This document shows, piece after piece, positions 9,205 through 18,958 of a stretch of 43,794 bases of DNA. A model generated the notes under the pieces. That model saw nothing but the letters and a program-made list of their open reading frames with translations. It did not search any database and was not told where the DNA came from. A program made the position numbers and the translations under genes. Origin of the DNA: a virus (taxonomy: Duplodnaviria; Caudoviricetes); the IMG/VR virus record IMGVR_UViG_3300024219_000008, positions 1 through 43,794 of that record. One strand, written 5' to 3'. Position 1 is the stretch's first letter. Each line of letters begins with the position of its first letter.

Positions 9205-9520
9205 GGATGGCGTACCGGAAGATGCGATCGGTCTGCGCGTTGTTGGCGTGGGTCAGCGTGAATGACCCATTTGCAACGGTACTGGCGTAAATCGTTCCGG
9301 CGCCGACCTCGGCCGCCGCATTGGCCGTCATTGCGGTCAGGATCGGCGTGGAACCGGCCGCGATGGAGCCGGTCTGCGTCGGCGTGACCGTGGTGGTGGC
9401 CACGTTTGCCGTCAGCGTCACCGTCCCGGTCGCGTTCGAGCGGCCCGCCGCAACCTGCTGGATGGCAAGCACAATTCTCTTGAGATCGGTTTCCGTGATC
9501 GGCGGAACGAATACGGTCAT
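9197..9520 (-). CDS. Small tail-associated structural protein
   Basis: 107 aa from MTVFVPP; beta/Thr-rich; ATGA-coupled to the nozzle gene. Confidence 0.65.
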   Translation of the reverse strand: MTVFVPPITETDLKRIVLAIQQVAAGRSNATGTVTLTANVATTTVTPTQTGSIAAGSTPILTAMTANAAAEVGAGTIYASTVANGSFTLTHANNAQTDRIFRYAILG

Positions 9521-11229
9521 AGCCTGGCGCCGCCCTTTACGTCTGGGACCACGCCTGCAATGAACGTCCATGTCGTCCCGGCCGGAATCCTGACCTTGAA
9601 GCGGACATACCGGGTATCGCGCGTCATATCCACGCGGCCGGTGCGCGAACTCATCAGCACTTCAGTGCCTTGGGTCGATGTCGTTCCTACCTGCGTATCC
9701 CGATAGGTGATCGAGCCGTAAACCGTGGCGGAATCCGTGATTGGGCGGAAACCCTTCACCGTGACCCTTATTTCGTCGTCGCCCTGCTCTGCGCTTTCAA
9801 TCGTGCCCTCGAGGTTGCCCCCGGAGAAGAATCCGAGCACATGTGAGGAGTTGAATTGCGCGATCTGCGGTTGCACGGCGGTGGCATAGCTGTCGAGGCT
9901 CAGCGTCAAGGCATCAAGCGACGACGAAATGCTGTCGAGGTTCTCCAGCGTCAGGCCAGTCTGCGAGATGCCGAGCAGGTATTCGCCGGTGGCCGTGACC
10001 TGGAAGAAGCGCTCGAGCAGGTAATCGTAGCCGAGCAGCTTGTCATAGGTTCCGACCGTGCCCGACACCGATTTGTAGGCCCAATAAACCCGCGTGGTCC
10101 GCGGATCGGCCGCGCCCATGAACAGTTGCAGGTTGCCCTTGTCGAGGTCGGCCAGAAATGTCCGGTCGACCTTCTCCCGGCCGATCTGCTCCGGCACACC
10201 GCCCGGCTGGATCTTGTGAAGGCCCTGACCTGCGTAGAAAAAGATGATCTCGCCGGCCCTGATGATCGAGTACGGGGCAAACAGACCCTTATCCTGCGTG
10301 ATGCGGTCAATCTGGAAGATGATCGGAGAACCCGGCACGTAGGACATGCGGCGGATGGCCTGGTCCTGGAAGATGATCCCGGCCTCGCCGCCCGCCACGC
10401 CGCGCACAATGCCGCCATCAGGGAAGTCCTGAAAGTCTGAACTATTGGTCCCGGATGTCCATGACGCTGAAGCGTTGAAGCTGTTGAGCCCGGACCACTG
10501 GATGCGGTAGGGCTGCGAGAGCAGGCCGGACAGCACGAGAAACCGTCCGACGACGCTGATGTAGGCTGCTTGCGGCGGAGATCCCAGCGCATTGGTGAAG
10601 GTGCTCGACGTGTTTAGGTCATAGACTTGTAGGAGAGCATTCGCATGAGTGGCAAAAACCAGATTCCCGGTCTGCGCGAATTGCCACTGCGCGGAGGCCC
10701 CAACGTCAAGATAATGCGACGTAACGGAGTGTGTCCCTGAGCCGGCCGTTGTCGTGTTAATCCGCGCCCCGCCGGGAGTCGCCGAAACACTGAACACGGA
10801 TCCAGAAAGTCCGGTCGCGCTGACGTAGTAGGTTGTGCCGGCAACCAGAGGAGACGGCAAAGTCCCGGTTGTCGAGAATGCGACAGGTTCGTTAGCGACG
10901 AACTCGTTCGTATATGTGATGACGACCGGGCTTGCATTGGAGATCGACGCCACGGCAGCAGGGATACCAACATTTTTCCAACTGAATGTGGTGTTGTCGA
11001 GCATATAGAGCCCGTGGCTCGTCGCTCCGAACGTGATAACCGAGCCATCGGATTTCAGAGCATAGAACGCACCACGGCATGCCGCTGGAAGTGCTCCAGT
11101 GTAGGCCGAGAAGGACGGGAACGGCCCATATCCATCGCCGCGCGGCGCGACGTTGAGGATGGAGTGAACGCTTGTCCCTTCGTAGTCCGACGTGTCGGGG
11201 CGCCAGTCGCCGTAGACGAGGAGCGGCAT
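9517..11229 (-). CDS. Tail nozzle/stabilization protein (beta-propeller)
   Basis: 570 aa; GDWRPD, WQFAQTG, RIQWSG motifs; syntenic position. Confidence 0.75.
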   Translation of the reverse strand: MPLLVYGDWRPDTSDYEGTSVHSILNVAPRGDGYGPFPSFSAYTGALPAACRGAFYALKSDGSVITFGATSHGLYMLDNTTFSWKNVGIPAAVASISNASPVVITYTNEFVANEPVAFSTTGTLPSPLVAGTTYYVSATGLSGSVFSVSATPGGARINTTTAGSGTHSVTSHYLDVGASAQWQFAQTGNLVFATHANALLQVYDLNTSSTFTNALGSPPQAAYISVVGRFLVLSGLLSQPYRIQWSGLNSFNASASWTSGTNSSDFQDFPDGGIVRGVAGGEAGIIFQDQAIRRMSYVPGSPIIFQIDRITQDKGLFAPYSIIRAGEIIFFYAGQGLHKIQPGGVPEQIGREKVDRTFLADLDKGNLQLFMGAADPRTTRVYWAYKSVSGTVGTYDKLLGYDYLLERFFQVTATGEYLLGISQTGLTLENLDSISSSLDALTLSLDSYATAVQPQIAQFNSSHVLGFFSGGNLEGTIESAEQGDDEIRVTVKGFRPITDSATVYGSITYRDTQVGTTSTQGTEVLMSSRTGRVDMTRDTRYVRFKVRIPAGTTWTFIAGVVPDVKGGARL

Positions 11230-11230
11230 G

Positions 11231-12055
11231 CTATAATCCCAACGCCGCTACGATCTTGGTTACCCAAAGGTCAGCAGCCGCATCAGCTCCAGCCGCCTTG
11301 AAGTGCGTGTCGTCGGAAACTCTGTTAACCGCTGTTCCTGTCAATGTGTCGGTATCAGCGCCAGCAAATACCGTTGTTCCGTTGACTGCGGCGACTTGCG
11401 CGGCCTGAATGCCTGCCGACACCGCACCGTTGATATAGGTGCATTTCCCTACCAGCCAACGCGCGGAGAAGCCCGCGGCGGAAGGCGTGGCCAGGACTTG
11501 CGCCAGAGAAGCCGCATAGGCAGACTGCGACGTGCCGAGCGGATTATTATCCGTCTCTCCTTGCATCCATATGAACGCTGACGGGGTAAGACCGACTGCA
11601 GCGAGCCGCTGGCACGTAATAACCATGCGCCGATTAAGGATTCCGCCAGTAGCCCATTTCGCAATTGATGTTCCGCCATATGCTGCAGGCGCTAGGATCA
11701 CACGCGCGCATTTCCCGGCATTGATGAGCTTGTCGGCGACGCGGCCGAACATATTCCCCTGCCTAGATATGTCGGCAGTTGTGCATCCTAGCAGCGGATC
11801 AACGGCGCGATAGACCCCGCCGTCGAACGGATTGAAATTGTCGACCTTGGTTGCGTTGGTCGGCGTGTAGATTGTATCTCCGCTATTGGCTGCATTCGAT
11901 TGGCCAAAGATCGGCAGAACCAAGGTGACTTCGCCTGCGTTCAGGCGCGGAGTGCTGACGATTTTCCCAGTCGGTTGGCTATTGCTGCCCCACGATATTT
12001 GAGCGAGGTCCTCCGGCATCACATACGGGTCTGCTGCTGATGCTGCACCTCTCAT
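11231..12055 (-). CDS. SGNH/SASA-type polysaccharide O-acetylesterase (tail-associated)
   Basis: GQSNA, YGGTS, WMQGETD and DDTH catalytic blocks; ATG overlaps the tail-fibre stop (TGATG). Confidence 0.85.
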   Translation of the reverse strand: MRGAASAADPYVMPEDLAQISWGSNSQPTGKIVSTPRLNAGEVTLVLPIFGQSNAANSGDTIYTPTNATKVDNFNPFDGGVYRAVDPLLGCTTADISRQGNMFGRVADKLINAGKCARVILAPAAYGGTSIAKWATGGILNRRMVITCQRLAAVGLTPSAFIWMQGETDNNPLGTSQSAYAASLAQVLATPSAAGFSARWLVGKCTYINGAVSAGIQAAQVAAVNGTTVFAGADTDTLTGTAVNRVSDDTHFKAAGADAAADLWVTKIVAALGL

Positions 12056-13458
12056 CAGCCCCAAAACTCCAACTGCATACCAGAACGATGCACGGCGGCT
12101 CCAGCGTTGTTCCCATACCATGTCTGGGTGTCCGTCCCGTTGCCGCGCTCTAGCCAGCGTATTTCATGCCATCCCAGCCCTGGATAGCCTCGATATGTGG
12201 ATTCGCTTGTCGTGATGGGCGTGCTCACGCACTGCACGAGTTGACTACGCGCACTGTTGACTGTCGAACTGTCGATACCGATTCCGGAGACCACCGTGCG
12301 CGCCGTCGCGGTGGAATTTTGCACGACGCTAAATGCATCCGCGTCGAGGAGCACGCCGGCAAGACCAAAGAGTACTTCCACTTGATTTCCAGCGCTTGCA
12401 TTGGCCTGCTGGAACGCGGCCGTTGAATAGGTCCAGTTAACAGAGGCTTCCTGCACGACGCCGGCCCGCGGAGCGATCTGCCAGGCATTAAATAGCAGTC
12501 GCTTCAGTACCGTGTCGCTTGCCTGCCCGTCTGCCGTGGCACGGAAGCTGCCAATGTAGGTCGCGCAATTGGCTGCGACGGATACTGTGTCACCGCTATT
12601 TGCGCCGAACCGTATCGTGATTGTGTTGGTGTTGGTCCAGATGCCGTTTTTCAATTGGATGTCGGTTGATGCAGCACCAGTCCCACGCGCCGTGGCCGAG
12701 CCCGCCACCGCACCATCATCCCATTTCGGGCCACTACCTAAGCGCCGCGTTCCGGAATCATTGATGATGAAGAGGTCGTAATTCTTGCCGGACTGATGAT
12801 AGTTTGTGTGTCCGGAATTGCTATCAAGAGCTAGCGTCAGGTCTGCCGAGAGCGCATAGAGCAGGAATTGCGAGCCGTTATAGATCGGGACCACTGAGCC
12901 GTTACAAACCGTCGCATAGATGCTCGTGGCGCCCGCGACATCTGCGGTCGTGACCGCAACGCCCGTGGTCAACGTGGCGCGAACCTGCGGCTGAATGAGA
13001 AAGTCAACGCTATTGGTCTTGGTGACGGTGATCGCAGGCCCTGACAGAGTCCCGTCTCCGGACATCGTCTGAAACGCCGCCGCGGTCCCGGCAGAGTTGA
13101 TCCCGAGGAACTGGCTTGCCGTGCCCTGGATATCCGCGACATCAGCCGTAGCGTTTCCGGTTACGCCGATCACCGAGCGTGCAACGCCCTGCGCCTGCAT
13201 AGCGCGCGTGACTTTGTGCGCGCCGATCGTCGTGGCAACAGCCCCGGCCGCAGTGGTCACATCCCCTGTCAGCGCCGGCATACGTGCGTCAGGGACTGTG
13301 CCGCTGGTCAGGTTGCTGGCGTTCGTCGTGTCGACGTTGGGGACGTTCTCAAGCCCAGAGACAGTATGCGCGGCATCCCAAGCCGGGCCGTCGACAAGCA
13401 CATTCGGGTTTGCCGCGGCGCCCGTCGTGGTCGAATGGTGGATAACAGGCGCTGCCAT
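12055..13458 (-). CDS. Tail fibre/spike protein
   Basis: 467 aa; Thr/Gly-rich with LTGDVT-type fibre segments; tail module. Confidence 0.7.
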   Translation of the reverse strand: MAAPVIHHSTTTGAAANPNVLVDGPAWDAAHTVSGLENVPNVDTTNASNLTSGTVPDARMPALTGDVTTAAGAVATTIGAHKVTRAMQAQGVARSVIGVTGNATADVADIQGTASQFLGINSAGTAAAFQTMSGDGTLSGPAITVTKTNSVDFLIQPQVRATLTTGVAVTTADVAGATSIYATVCNGSVVPIYNGSQFLLYALSADLTLALDSNSGHTNYHQSGKNYDLFIINDSGTRRLGSGPKWDDGAVAGSATARGTGAASTDIQLKNGIWTNTNTITIRFGANSGDTVSVAANCATYIGSFRATADGQASDTVLKRLLFNAWQIAPRAGVVQEASVNWTYSTAAFQQANASAGNQVEVLFGLAGVLLDADAFSVVQNSTATARTVVSGIGIDSSTVNSARSQLVQCVSTPITTSESTYRGYPGLGWHEIRWLERGNGTDTQTWYGNNAGAAVHRSGMQLEFWG

Positions 13459-13631
13459 CAGCTAGGAGTCCATGTCTCGGCTTGGCCTGTAACAGCATCC
13501 CAGATGCCGCCAGTCTCTCCGGTATCGAAAATGGGGCGTCGGTCGAAGACGGTAGGATCGAACACGCGCACGACCTGATTTTCTTCAGTCCACGTCTCGG
13601 CCTGCTGTGTCGCCGGGGTCCACGTCGTCAT
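13458..13631 (-). CDS. 57-aa tail-associated peptide with QAETWT repeats
   Basis: Hand translation MTTWTPATQQAETWTEE..GQAETWTPS; coupled to neighbours on both sides. Confidence 0.65.
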   Translation of the reverse strand: MTTWTPATQQAETWTEENQVVRVFDPTVFDRRPIFDTGETGGIWDAVTGQAETWTPS

Positions 13632-14188
13632 GGCGTTTGTCCTGAAGTGCGGACTGGGAAGTTCAGGTTTGCAAAAACTCCATGCAATGAGATCGCAGCC
13701 TCATCGTAAGCCGAGGCCGCCTCTTCCTTTGTTCGAAAGCTGCCTAGGTACTGCTGCGAGCCATCAACACCGATTTGAGCAAACCAGCTTCGACCTTTAG
13801 TTGCCGTGAACACACCTTTAAAGCCGGATGTATTTGTGTTGAGTGCCCCCGCATTTCGATTGTTCTCGGCGGTCGAGCATTCGCGCAAATTCACCCACCT
13901 ATTATCGGTTCTGATGCGATTGACGTGATCAACCGTCTTCTGCGGGAAATTTCCTGTTTGAAACAGGACTGCCAATCGGTGTGCAGCATACCGGATATCA
14001 TCAACATAAATCTGGATGTACCCGTCACTATTATTGACGCATCCAGCCTCCTTACCGGCATGGCGTGTATTCCAGCTTCGGTCTGTGCGTTCAGAACCAG
14101 CTCGCACTTCTCGCTCTAGCCAAACAAAAACCCCCGTGAGGGGGTCATATGAAAGGAGTTGTTTCAGTCGCTCTTGCGTCAATTTCAT
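13628..14188 (-). CDS. HNH homing endonuclease with AP2 domain
   Basis: LTQERLKQLLSYDPLTG, AAHRLA, VDHVNRIRTDNRWVNLR, NTSGFKGV, YLGSF..EEAASAYD. Confidence 0.93.
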   Translation of the reverse strand: MKLTQERLKQLLSYDPLTGVFVWLEREVRAGSERTDRSWNTRHAGKEAGCVNNSDGYIQIYVDDIRYAAHRLAVLFQTGNFPQKTVDHVNRIRTDNRWVNLRECSTAENNRNAGALNTNTSGFKGVFTATKGRSWFAQIGVDGSQQYLGSFRTKEEAASAYDEAAISLHGVFANLNFPVRTSGQTP

Positions 14189-14838
14189 GGGGTTTGACCT
14201 GAAACACGGACTACGGAGGGCCCAGCATTGAACGTCGAGGTCAGGCCGAGCATGTTCAATTCATCGAGCGCGGTCTTGAACCCGAGGCCCCAGATCTGAA
14301 TGCGCTCGTCATCCTTGAGATAGGGCATCGCTTCCAGCAGCGCGCCGTAGAGGTATAGATCGGGCGCCGCCGTCAGCAGCCAATTCGTCGAGTTGCTGGC
14401 GAGTGCCGGGATGTTCTGGCGATAGACCATCTCGATCGTGTAGTTGGCGTCAGGCGTCGGTGCCAATTCGATCTCGGTCCCGAATACTGTGAAGTAGCGC
14501 GGCCGTGCCGCTATGTTTCCGCTCTGGAACCGGTACTCGTCCATTTGCGTTCCTGATTTGAACTCCAGACAGGGCTTCCCGGTGACGCTCGACAGACGGA
14601 CCCGGCGCATTGACTGGAAATCGGTCGGCAGCGATATGAACTCAGGTTCACTCGTCGTGATGTCCGTCGCTGTAGTCGAGCGCTGCTCCATCTGTCGGGT
14701 GAACAGCACCCGGTTCATCTTAGCTTCGAATAGCTGGATAAGCCCGGGGATGGCGTCGGTGAGCTGCGTATCCTGGTCGCGCTTGAGGTAGTCTACGATT
14801 GCGGTCTGCAGCGTGGCATATGTCGTGATGAGGGTCAC
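14185..14838 (-). CDS. Head-tail adaptor protein
   Basis: TYATLQTAI..LPTDF..APTPD..NWLL..PDLYLYGAL adaptor-family pattern. Confidence 0.8.
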   Translation of the reverse strand: MTLITTYATLQTAIVDYLKRDQDTQLTDAIPGLIQLFEAKMNRVLFTRQMEQRSTTATDITTSEPEFISLPTDFQSMRRVRLSSVTGKPCLEFKSGTQMDEYRFQSGNIAARPRYFTVFGTEIELAPTPDANYTIEMVYRQNIPALASNSTNWLLTAAPDLYLYGALLEAMPYLKDDERIQIWGLGFKTALDELNMLGLTSTFNAGPSVVRVSGQTP

Positions 14839-15167
14839 AGCAGCCCGGCGCTCCAGCCGGCTTGAAGTGCCGGTCGATCAACCCGGAGATGCTTCCATTC
14901 CGGGTCTTGGAGTTTCTTCTGCACGATGTCGTCGAACTCCTTGCTGAATGGCTTGATATTGACGTTGCCCTTGGCGTGCTCCTCGTCGAGCCAGCGGATG
15001 TAGATCACGTTCGGGATGCGCGCGACGTGCCGGCCCCAGTCGCTGTGCTGTTCCTCGCGCCGCGCCTCGCGGTTCCAGTTCAGGATAGGCTCGACATCCT
15101 GAACATGCTCGATTGCGAGGTCTTGGCCGTTGGGGTCGAGGTGGACATTGACGGAGAGGTCCGACAT
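14835..15167 (-). CDS. Conserved head-module hypothetical protein
   Basis: QDVEPIL..HVARIP..KLQDPEW; post-capsid position. Confidence 0.7.
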   Translation of the reverse strand: MSDLSVNVHLDPNGQDLAIEHVQDVEPILNWNREARREEQHSDWGRHVARIPNVIYIRWLDEEHAKGNVNIKPFSKEFDDIVQKKLQDPEWKHLRVDRPALQAGWSAGLL

Positions 15168-15478
15168 CAGGAGAGCTCCGTAACCCAGAGCGTGCCGGCA
15201 GTCGTAGTCACAAGACCGTTGGTGGCAGCCTTGAGGGCCGAGATTTTCTGACCTGGCGACACCGTGATGACGGTTTCCCAGTTCGCAGGCAGGAACGGGT
15301 CTGCCGTGGTCGCGGTCGCCGATCCGGTCGAATCATAAATCCGGAAATTGCAGGCCGAATTGGCGACGAGGCGGACCGCGTAGGTCCCGGGCGCGAACGC
15401 ATTCGTGACCGCTGTGGTGGTGTCGAATGCAACCGTCTGCGTGACGCCAAGGCGCCCGATCGCTGCTTGAATCGTCAT
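15167..15478 (-). CDS. Small Thr-rich virion/decoration protein
   Basis: 103 aa, about 19% Thr by hand count; beta-rich. Confidence 0.65.
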   Translation of the reverse strand: MTIQAAIGRLGVTQTVAFDTTTAVTNAFAPGTYAVRLVANSACNFRIYDSTGSATATTADPFLPANWETVITVSPGQKISALKAATNGLVTTTAGTLWVTELS

Positions 15479-15487
15479 GAGATCACC

Positions 15488-15889
15488 TCACGCCGGCATC
15501 AGAACGACACCAAACGTGCCGCCGATCGTGGTTCCGGTTGAGCCAGAAGGCGTGAACGAGATCAGGTCGCCCTCGTTCACGACATTCGCCGCGGTCGGAA
15601 CCATCGTGTTGCTAGTTCCAGCTGCGCTGTTCGAAGCGGTCAGAACGAGCGGCGAGCCGGTGACGGCCGTGCCGGCGCCCGGAGCAGTGCCGCCAGCGAC
15701 CACCGGGATAATTGCGACCGCCACTGAGCAGTCCGTGGTAAATGCGCCATGAGATACGCCCGTTACCAGCGTGATCTTGGCCCGATACGGAGCGCGGATG
15801 ACACAGGCAAGAGGAGTGGAGGCGATCGAGTTCGTCGAGGAATTCAGGAAACGTTCCTGCAATTGGGGATGCGAGCCGGGATAGGACAT
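15488..15889 (-). CDS. Putative capsid decoration protein
   Basis: 133 aa; beta-sandwich-like VVNEGDLISF; downstream of the MCP. Confidence 0.6.
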   Translation of the reverse strand: MSYPGSHPQLQERFLNSSTNSIASTPLACVIRAPYRAKITLVTGVSHGAFTTDCSVAVAIIPVVAGGTAPGAGTAVTGSPLVLTASNSAAGTSNTMVPTAANVVNEGDLISFTPSGSTGTTIGGTFGVVLMPA

Positions 15890-15901
15890 GAATTTGGCTC
15901 C

Positions 15902-16531
15902 TTATGCCGTGTAGACGTAGGAAATGATGCCAAGCGACGCGGTGAACGTCGTGGTCGGCGTGATGCTGGGGGTGGCGGTGGCGGCGACGCCGGCGACCGT
16001 TCCCGTGTTGGTGTCGACCCACGTCGCGGCTTGGATGGTACGCCATGTGTCGGTGGTGCTATCGGGCATGACTCCAATCCAGTACTGGCCTGGCTTGGCC
16101 GTATAGGCCGAGACGAAAGCCCGCTGCTGGAAGGCCGAGGCGCCAGCCGTAACCGCGCCGCCGCCCGTCACCGACGAGTTGGCGACCAGCGTACCGGCCG
16201 AGTTGTAGAGCGAGACAATCGCCTTCGTCGTTCCGACCGTGGTTCCGTTCAGCACTCCAATACCGAGCAGGACGCACGGATAGGGCACGAACACGTCGCT
16301 GAACCACATCGTGTTGGCGACGCCGGCGCGTCCGTTGGTGTCGATAGCAGTCAGGGCGCCGAGATTGCCGGGCCCGACGTTGTAAAGCCGGGTTTTGCCG
16401 CTCAGCGCCGCGTATTGATCTGCCGTCTTCTGCGCGCCGCGGGCCGTGGCGCCGCTCATGATCAGGATTTTGTCGGTAGCAAGCGCGATCGTGGATTCAA
16501 CCGGGGTGTCCGGGGTATCTGTCGTTCCCAT
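15902..16531 (-). CDS. Putative capsid decoration/head fibre protein
   Basis: 209 aa, about 17% Thr; PGQYWIG motif; immediately after the MCP. Confidence 0.6.
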   Translation of the reverse strand: MGTTDTPDTPVESTIALATDKILIMSGATARGAQKTADQYAALSGKTRLYNVGPGNLGALTAIDTNGRAGVANTMWFSDVFVPYPCVLLGIGVLNGTTVGTTKAIVSLYNSAGTLVANSSVTGGGAVTAGASAFQQRAFVSAYTAKPGQYWIGVMPDSTTDTWRTIQAATWVDTNTGTVAGVAATATPSITPTTTFTASLGIISYVYTA

Positions 16532-16546
16532 GGGGGTTATCCTTTC

Positions 16547-16578
16547 AAAGGTGAAAGGGCCCGGAGCAATCCGGGCCC
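16547..16578 (-). terminator. Intrinsic terminator after the major capsid gene (probably leaky)
   Basis: 9-bp stem GGGCCCGGA/TCCGGGCCC with a 4-nt loop, followed by TTTCACCTTT. Confidence 0.75.
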
Positions 16579-16585
16579 CGATGGG

Positions 16586-17530
16586 TTACGACGTGGTAAG
16601 GTCGTAGACCGCGCCGCTCGCCTTTTCGTTGCGAGAGACCAGCGCGTATTCGCTGAGCACCTGACGCCGATCCGAGTCGCCGGTCTTGGCGAGCGGGATC
16701 GAGATCATGTTGCGGCCGTTCAGGAACGCCAGCGCCCACTTATCGAGCTCGAGCACGAGGACATCGCGGGACCGGCTGAACCGGTTGGCGACGACCTTGA
16801 GCTTGCCGAAGTCGGATTCGTAGGCGTCGACCGAGGCGGTGATCTTCTTGGTGGTCGCCTGCTCGATCGGCGAGGCGCGTCCGGTGAAGGTCGAGAAGAT
16901 CTGCTTGTTGAAGGCACCGGCCATGATGGTGTTCGGATCGCCGCCCTGGGTCCAGACCGCGGAAAGCACAGTCTTCAACTGGGCCTCGGTGAAGGCCCGC
17001 TGCGTTCCGTCCACCCTCGTCACCGTTCCGGACGTGGTTGGGTCTGTGCCGGTCGTCGAGGTGTTGGTCTTGATCCATGACAGGACCGAGGCCGTGGTGC
17101 GGGCCGTGGTGGTGTCGCCGGCAACCTGCGTCTGGTTGGTGCCGCAGACCACCACTTCCATGTCACGCTTGAGCTCCAAGCCCTTCAGCATGGCCTGGTA
17201 GGCCAGTTCGTTCGACCGGCCGGCGTGCTGGACAGCCTGCTGGGTACCTGACACGCGGGCGACCTTGTAGCTGATCTGGGTGATGTTCGCGAGACGGACA
17301 GTCACCGTGGTGGCGTTCGTGGTCGGATCGTCACCTTCGAGCTGGGCATTCGCGGCCGCGGTCGCGAGGTCCTGGGTCTGCCACTCATGCTTGGTCGCGG
17401 TGGCCTTTTCGCGTTCGATACCGGAAATGAACGGCGTCGCAGTGGGCGCGATCCGGTAGATCATGTCCGTGAGGTCTTCACGGTTGCCGATCGCCTGATA
17501 GGTGGCGAGGGTTGAGGCTGGGAGAGACAT
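16586..17530 (-). CDS. Major capsid protein (DUF5309/SU10-like)
   Basis: GNREDL, TPF, HEWQT, EGDD, ELKRDME, YESDFG, LAKTGDS motifs. Confidence 0.92.
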   Translation of the reverse strand: MSLPASTLATYQAIGNREDLTDMIYRIAPTATPFISGIEREKATATKHEWQTQDLATAAANAQLEGDDPTTNATTVTVRLANITQISYKVARVSGTQQAVQHAGRSNELAYQAMLKGLELKRDMEVVVCGTNQTQVAGDTTTARTTASVLSWIKTNTSTTGTDPTTSGTVTRVDGTQRAFTEAQLKTVLSAVWTQGGDPNTIMAGAFNKQIFSTFTGRASPIEQATTKKITASVDAYESDFGKLKVVANRFSRSRDVLVLELDKWALAFLNGRNMISIPLAKTGDSDRRQVLSEYALVSRNEKASGAVYDLTTS

Positions 17531-17542
17531 TGCTTTCTGTTC

Positions 17543-18643
17543 CTATGATGCCCGGCGAGAGGCCGCTTTCATTTGCGCTTCATAGAGCGCCCATGCGTCC
17601 TTCTCGGAACCGGTCTTGTTGAGACGATCTTCGAGGGCCTTGATGTTTTCGGCGTCCTGCTGACCTGCGGGACGGGCAACACCTGGCCGCTGTACCTGCG
17701 GAAGCTTGGCAAGCTTGGCCTGGATCTGGTCCTTGCTCTGCTGCAGCTCGGCGAGCTTGAGGCTGTCGTTGATCAAGACCTGAATGCGGTGATCGTAGAC
17801 GCCAAGCTTCTGCTTGCCGGCTGCTAGCGCGTTCAGTTCTTCATCCTTGAAGCCGATTTCACTCAATCGCGCTGCCGCGCGGCGCTCCAGTTCGGGGCCT
17901 TTCTTCGGATCGGAGAGTTCCGGGATCAGTTCACGCGCCTTGGCGTTTTCCTGACCGATGAAATCTTGCCAGTCCGTCTGCTCCTTCGTCGCTTTGCGCT
18001 GATTGGACTGATCAAGCTCGGCCTTTACCGCCGCCATCTTCTGCTGATGGACCTGCCAGGCGTTGAGATAGGCCTGAATTTGTCCCGCAGCGACCGGATC
18101 GGTGGTCGATAGTCGGAGAGCTTCATTCGCCAGCGTTTCAAGGTCCGCCATCGATTTGATGTCGGCGAATTGCCGGTTGTTGTACTCAGTCAATCCTTGC
18201 ATGACTTCGGGAAGCTTGGCCTCGTACTTCTGCCTTGCCTCTTCCGCCTGCGCTGCCTTGGCCTCAGCGGCCTTGGCGGCTTCAGCGGCCTTCTGCTGGC
18301 TTCGGATGGTGCCTGCGTCGCGCTCCGATTCGCGTGCAACGATCTTCTGTTGCATGGCGCGGGGAAGGGATTGCCACTCTGCATCTTCATCCTTTGACCA
18401 AGACTTCGGTCGCTCGATGGGCGGCTCTTTTACCGCTTCGGCTTCCTTAGTCTCGCCGGGGTCCGTTTCCGGATCGGCGTTGCCCTCGACGGACAATTGC
18501 GGGTCTGCGGTCGCGTCATCCGCGCCTTCTGCAGGAGATTCATTCAGGGCCGCGTCGAGCATGCGGCGGCCTTCTTCGATCGTGAGTTCTGACGTATCGG
18601 CAATAGCCGGCGCTTCCTGAGAAGCGACAGGTTGGTCGGTCAT
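17543..18643 (-). CDS. Capsid scaffolding protein
   Basis: Acidic N-terminus, coiled coil, DHR motif, C-terminal RLNKTGSEKDA; precedes the MCP. Confidence 0.8.
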   Translation of the reverse strand: MTDQPVASQEAPAIADTSELTIEEGRRMLDAALNESPAEGADDATADPQLSVEGNADPETDPGETKEAEAVKEPPIERPKSWSKDEDAEWQSLPRAMQQKIVARESERDAGTIRSQQKAAEAAKAAEAKAAQAEEARQKYEAKLPEVMQGLTEYNNRQFADIKSMADLETLANEALRLSTTDPVAAGQIQAYLNAWQVHQQKMAAVKAELDQSNQRKATKEQTDWQDFIGQENAKARELIPELSDPKKGPELERRAAARLSEIGFKDEELNALAAGKQKLGVYDHRIQVLINDSLKLAELQQSKDQIQAKLAKLPQVQRPGVARPAGQQDAENIKALEDRLNKTGSEKDAWALYEAQMKAASRRAS

Positions 18644-18658
18644 GGATTGATCCTAAGT

Positions 18659-18958
18659 TCAGATGATGCCGAATTTTTTCTTGCGTTCGGCGGTTTCAGC
18701 GAGTTCGCGCAACTGCGCCGCAGCCAGCTTGCCGTCGTTCAGTACGGCGCCGATATGGTCCTTGATCTTCCCGATGATCTGCACGGCCTGCCAGACCCGT
18801 TCCCGGCCCTCGCTGTCGCGCAGTGGCGTTGCCTTCCATGCTGCGATATATTCGGCCTCCAGCGTCGCCAGAGCGTCGTTGAACAGTGCGTTGTCGAGCA
18901 GCGATTGTGCCTCAAGGGCGCGGCTATTTTCCCTGAGCAGTTTGTGTTCGTCGATCAC
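18659..18958 (-). CDS. Conserved small head-module protein
   Basis: 99 aa helical protein (AWKATP..D.EGRE..W); position before the scaffold. Confidence 0.7.
   Translation of the reverse strand: MIDEHKLLRENSRALEAQSLLDNALFNDALATLEAEYIAAWKATPLRDSEGRERVWQAVQIIGKIKDHIGAVLNDGKLAAAQLRELAETAERKKKFGII

Noticed and set aside
16532-16590. Capsid read-through or frameshift extension into the decoration gene
   Set aside because: MCP ends in TAA followed by a terminator hairpin, and the next gene has its own SD
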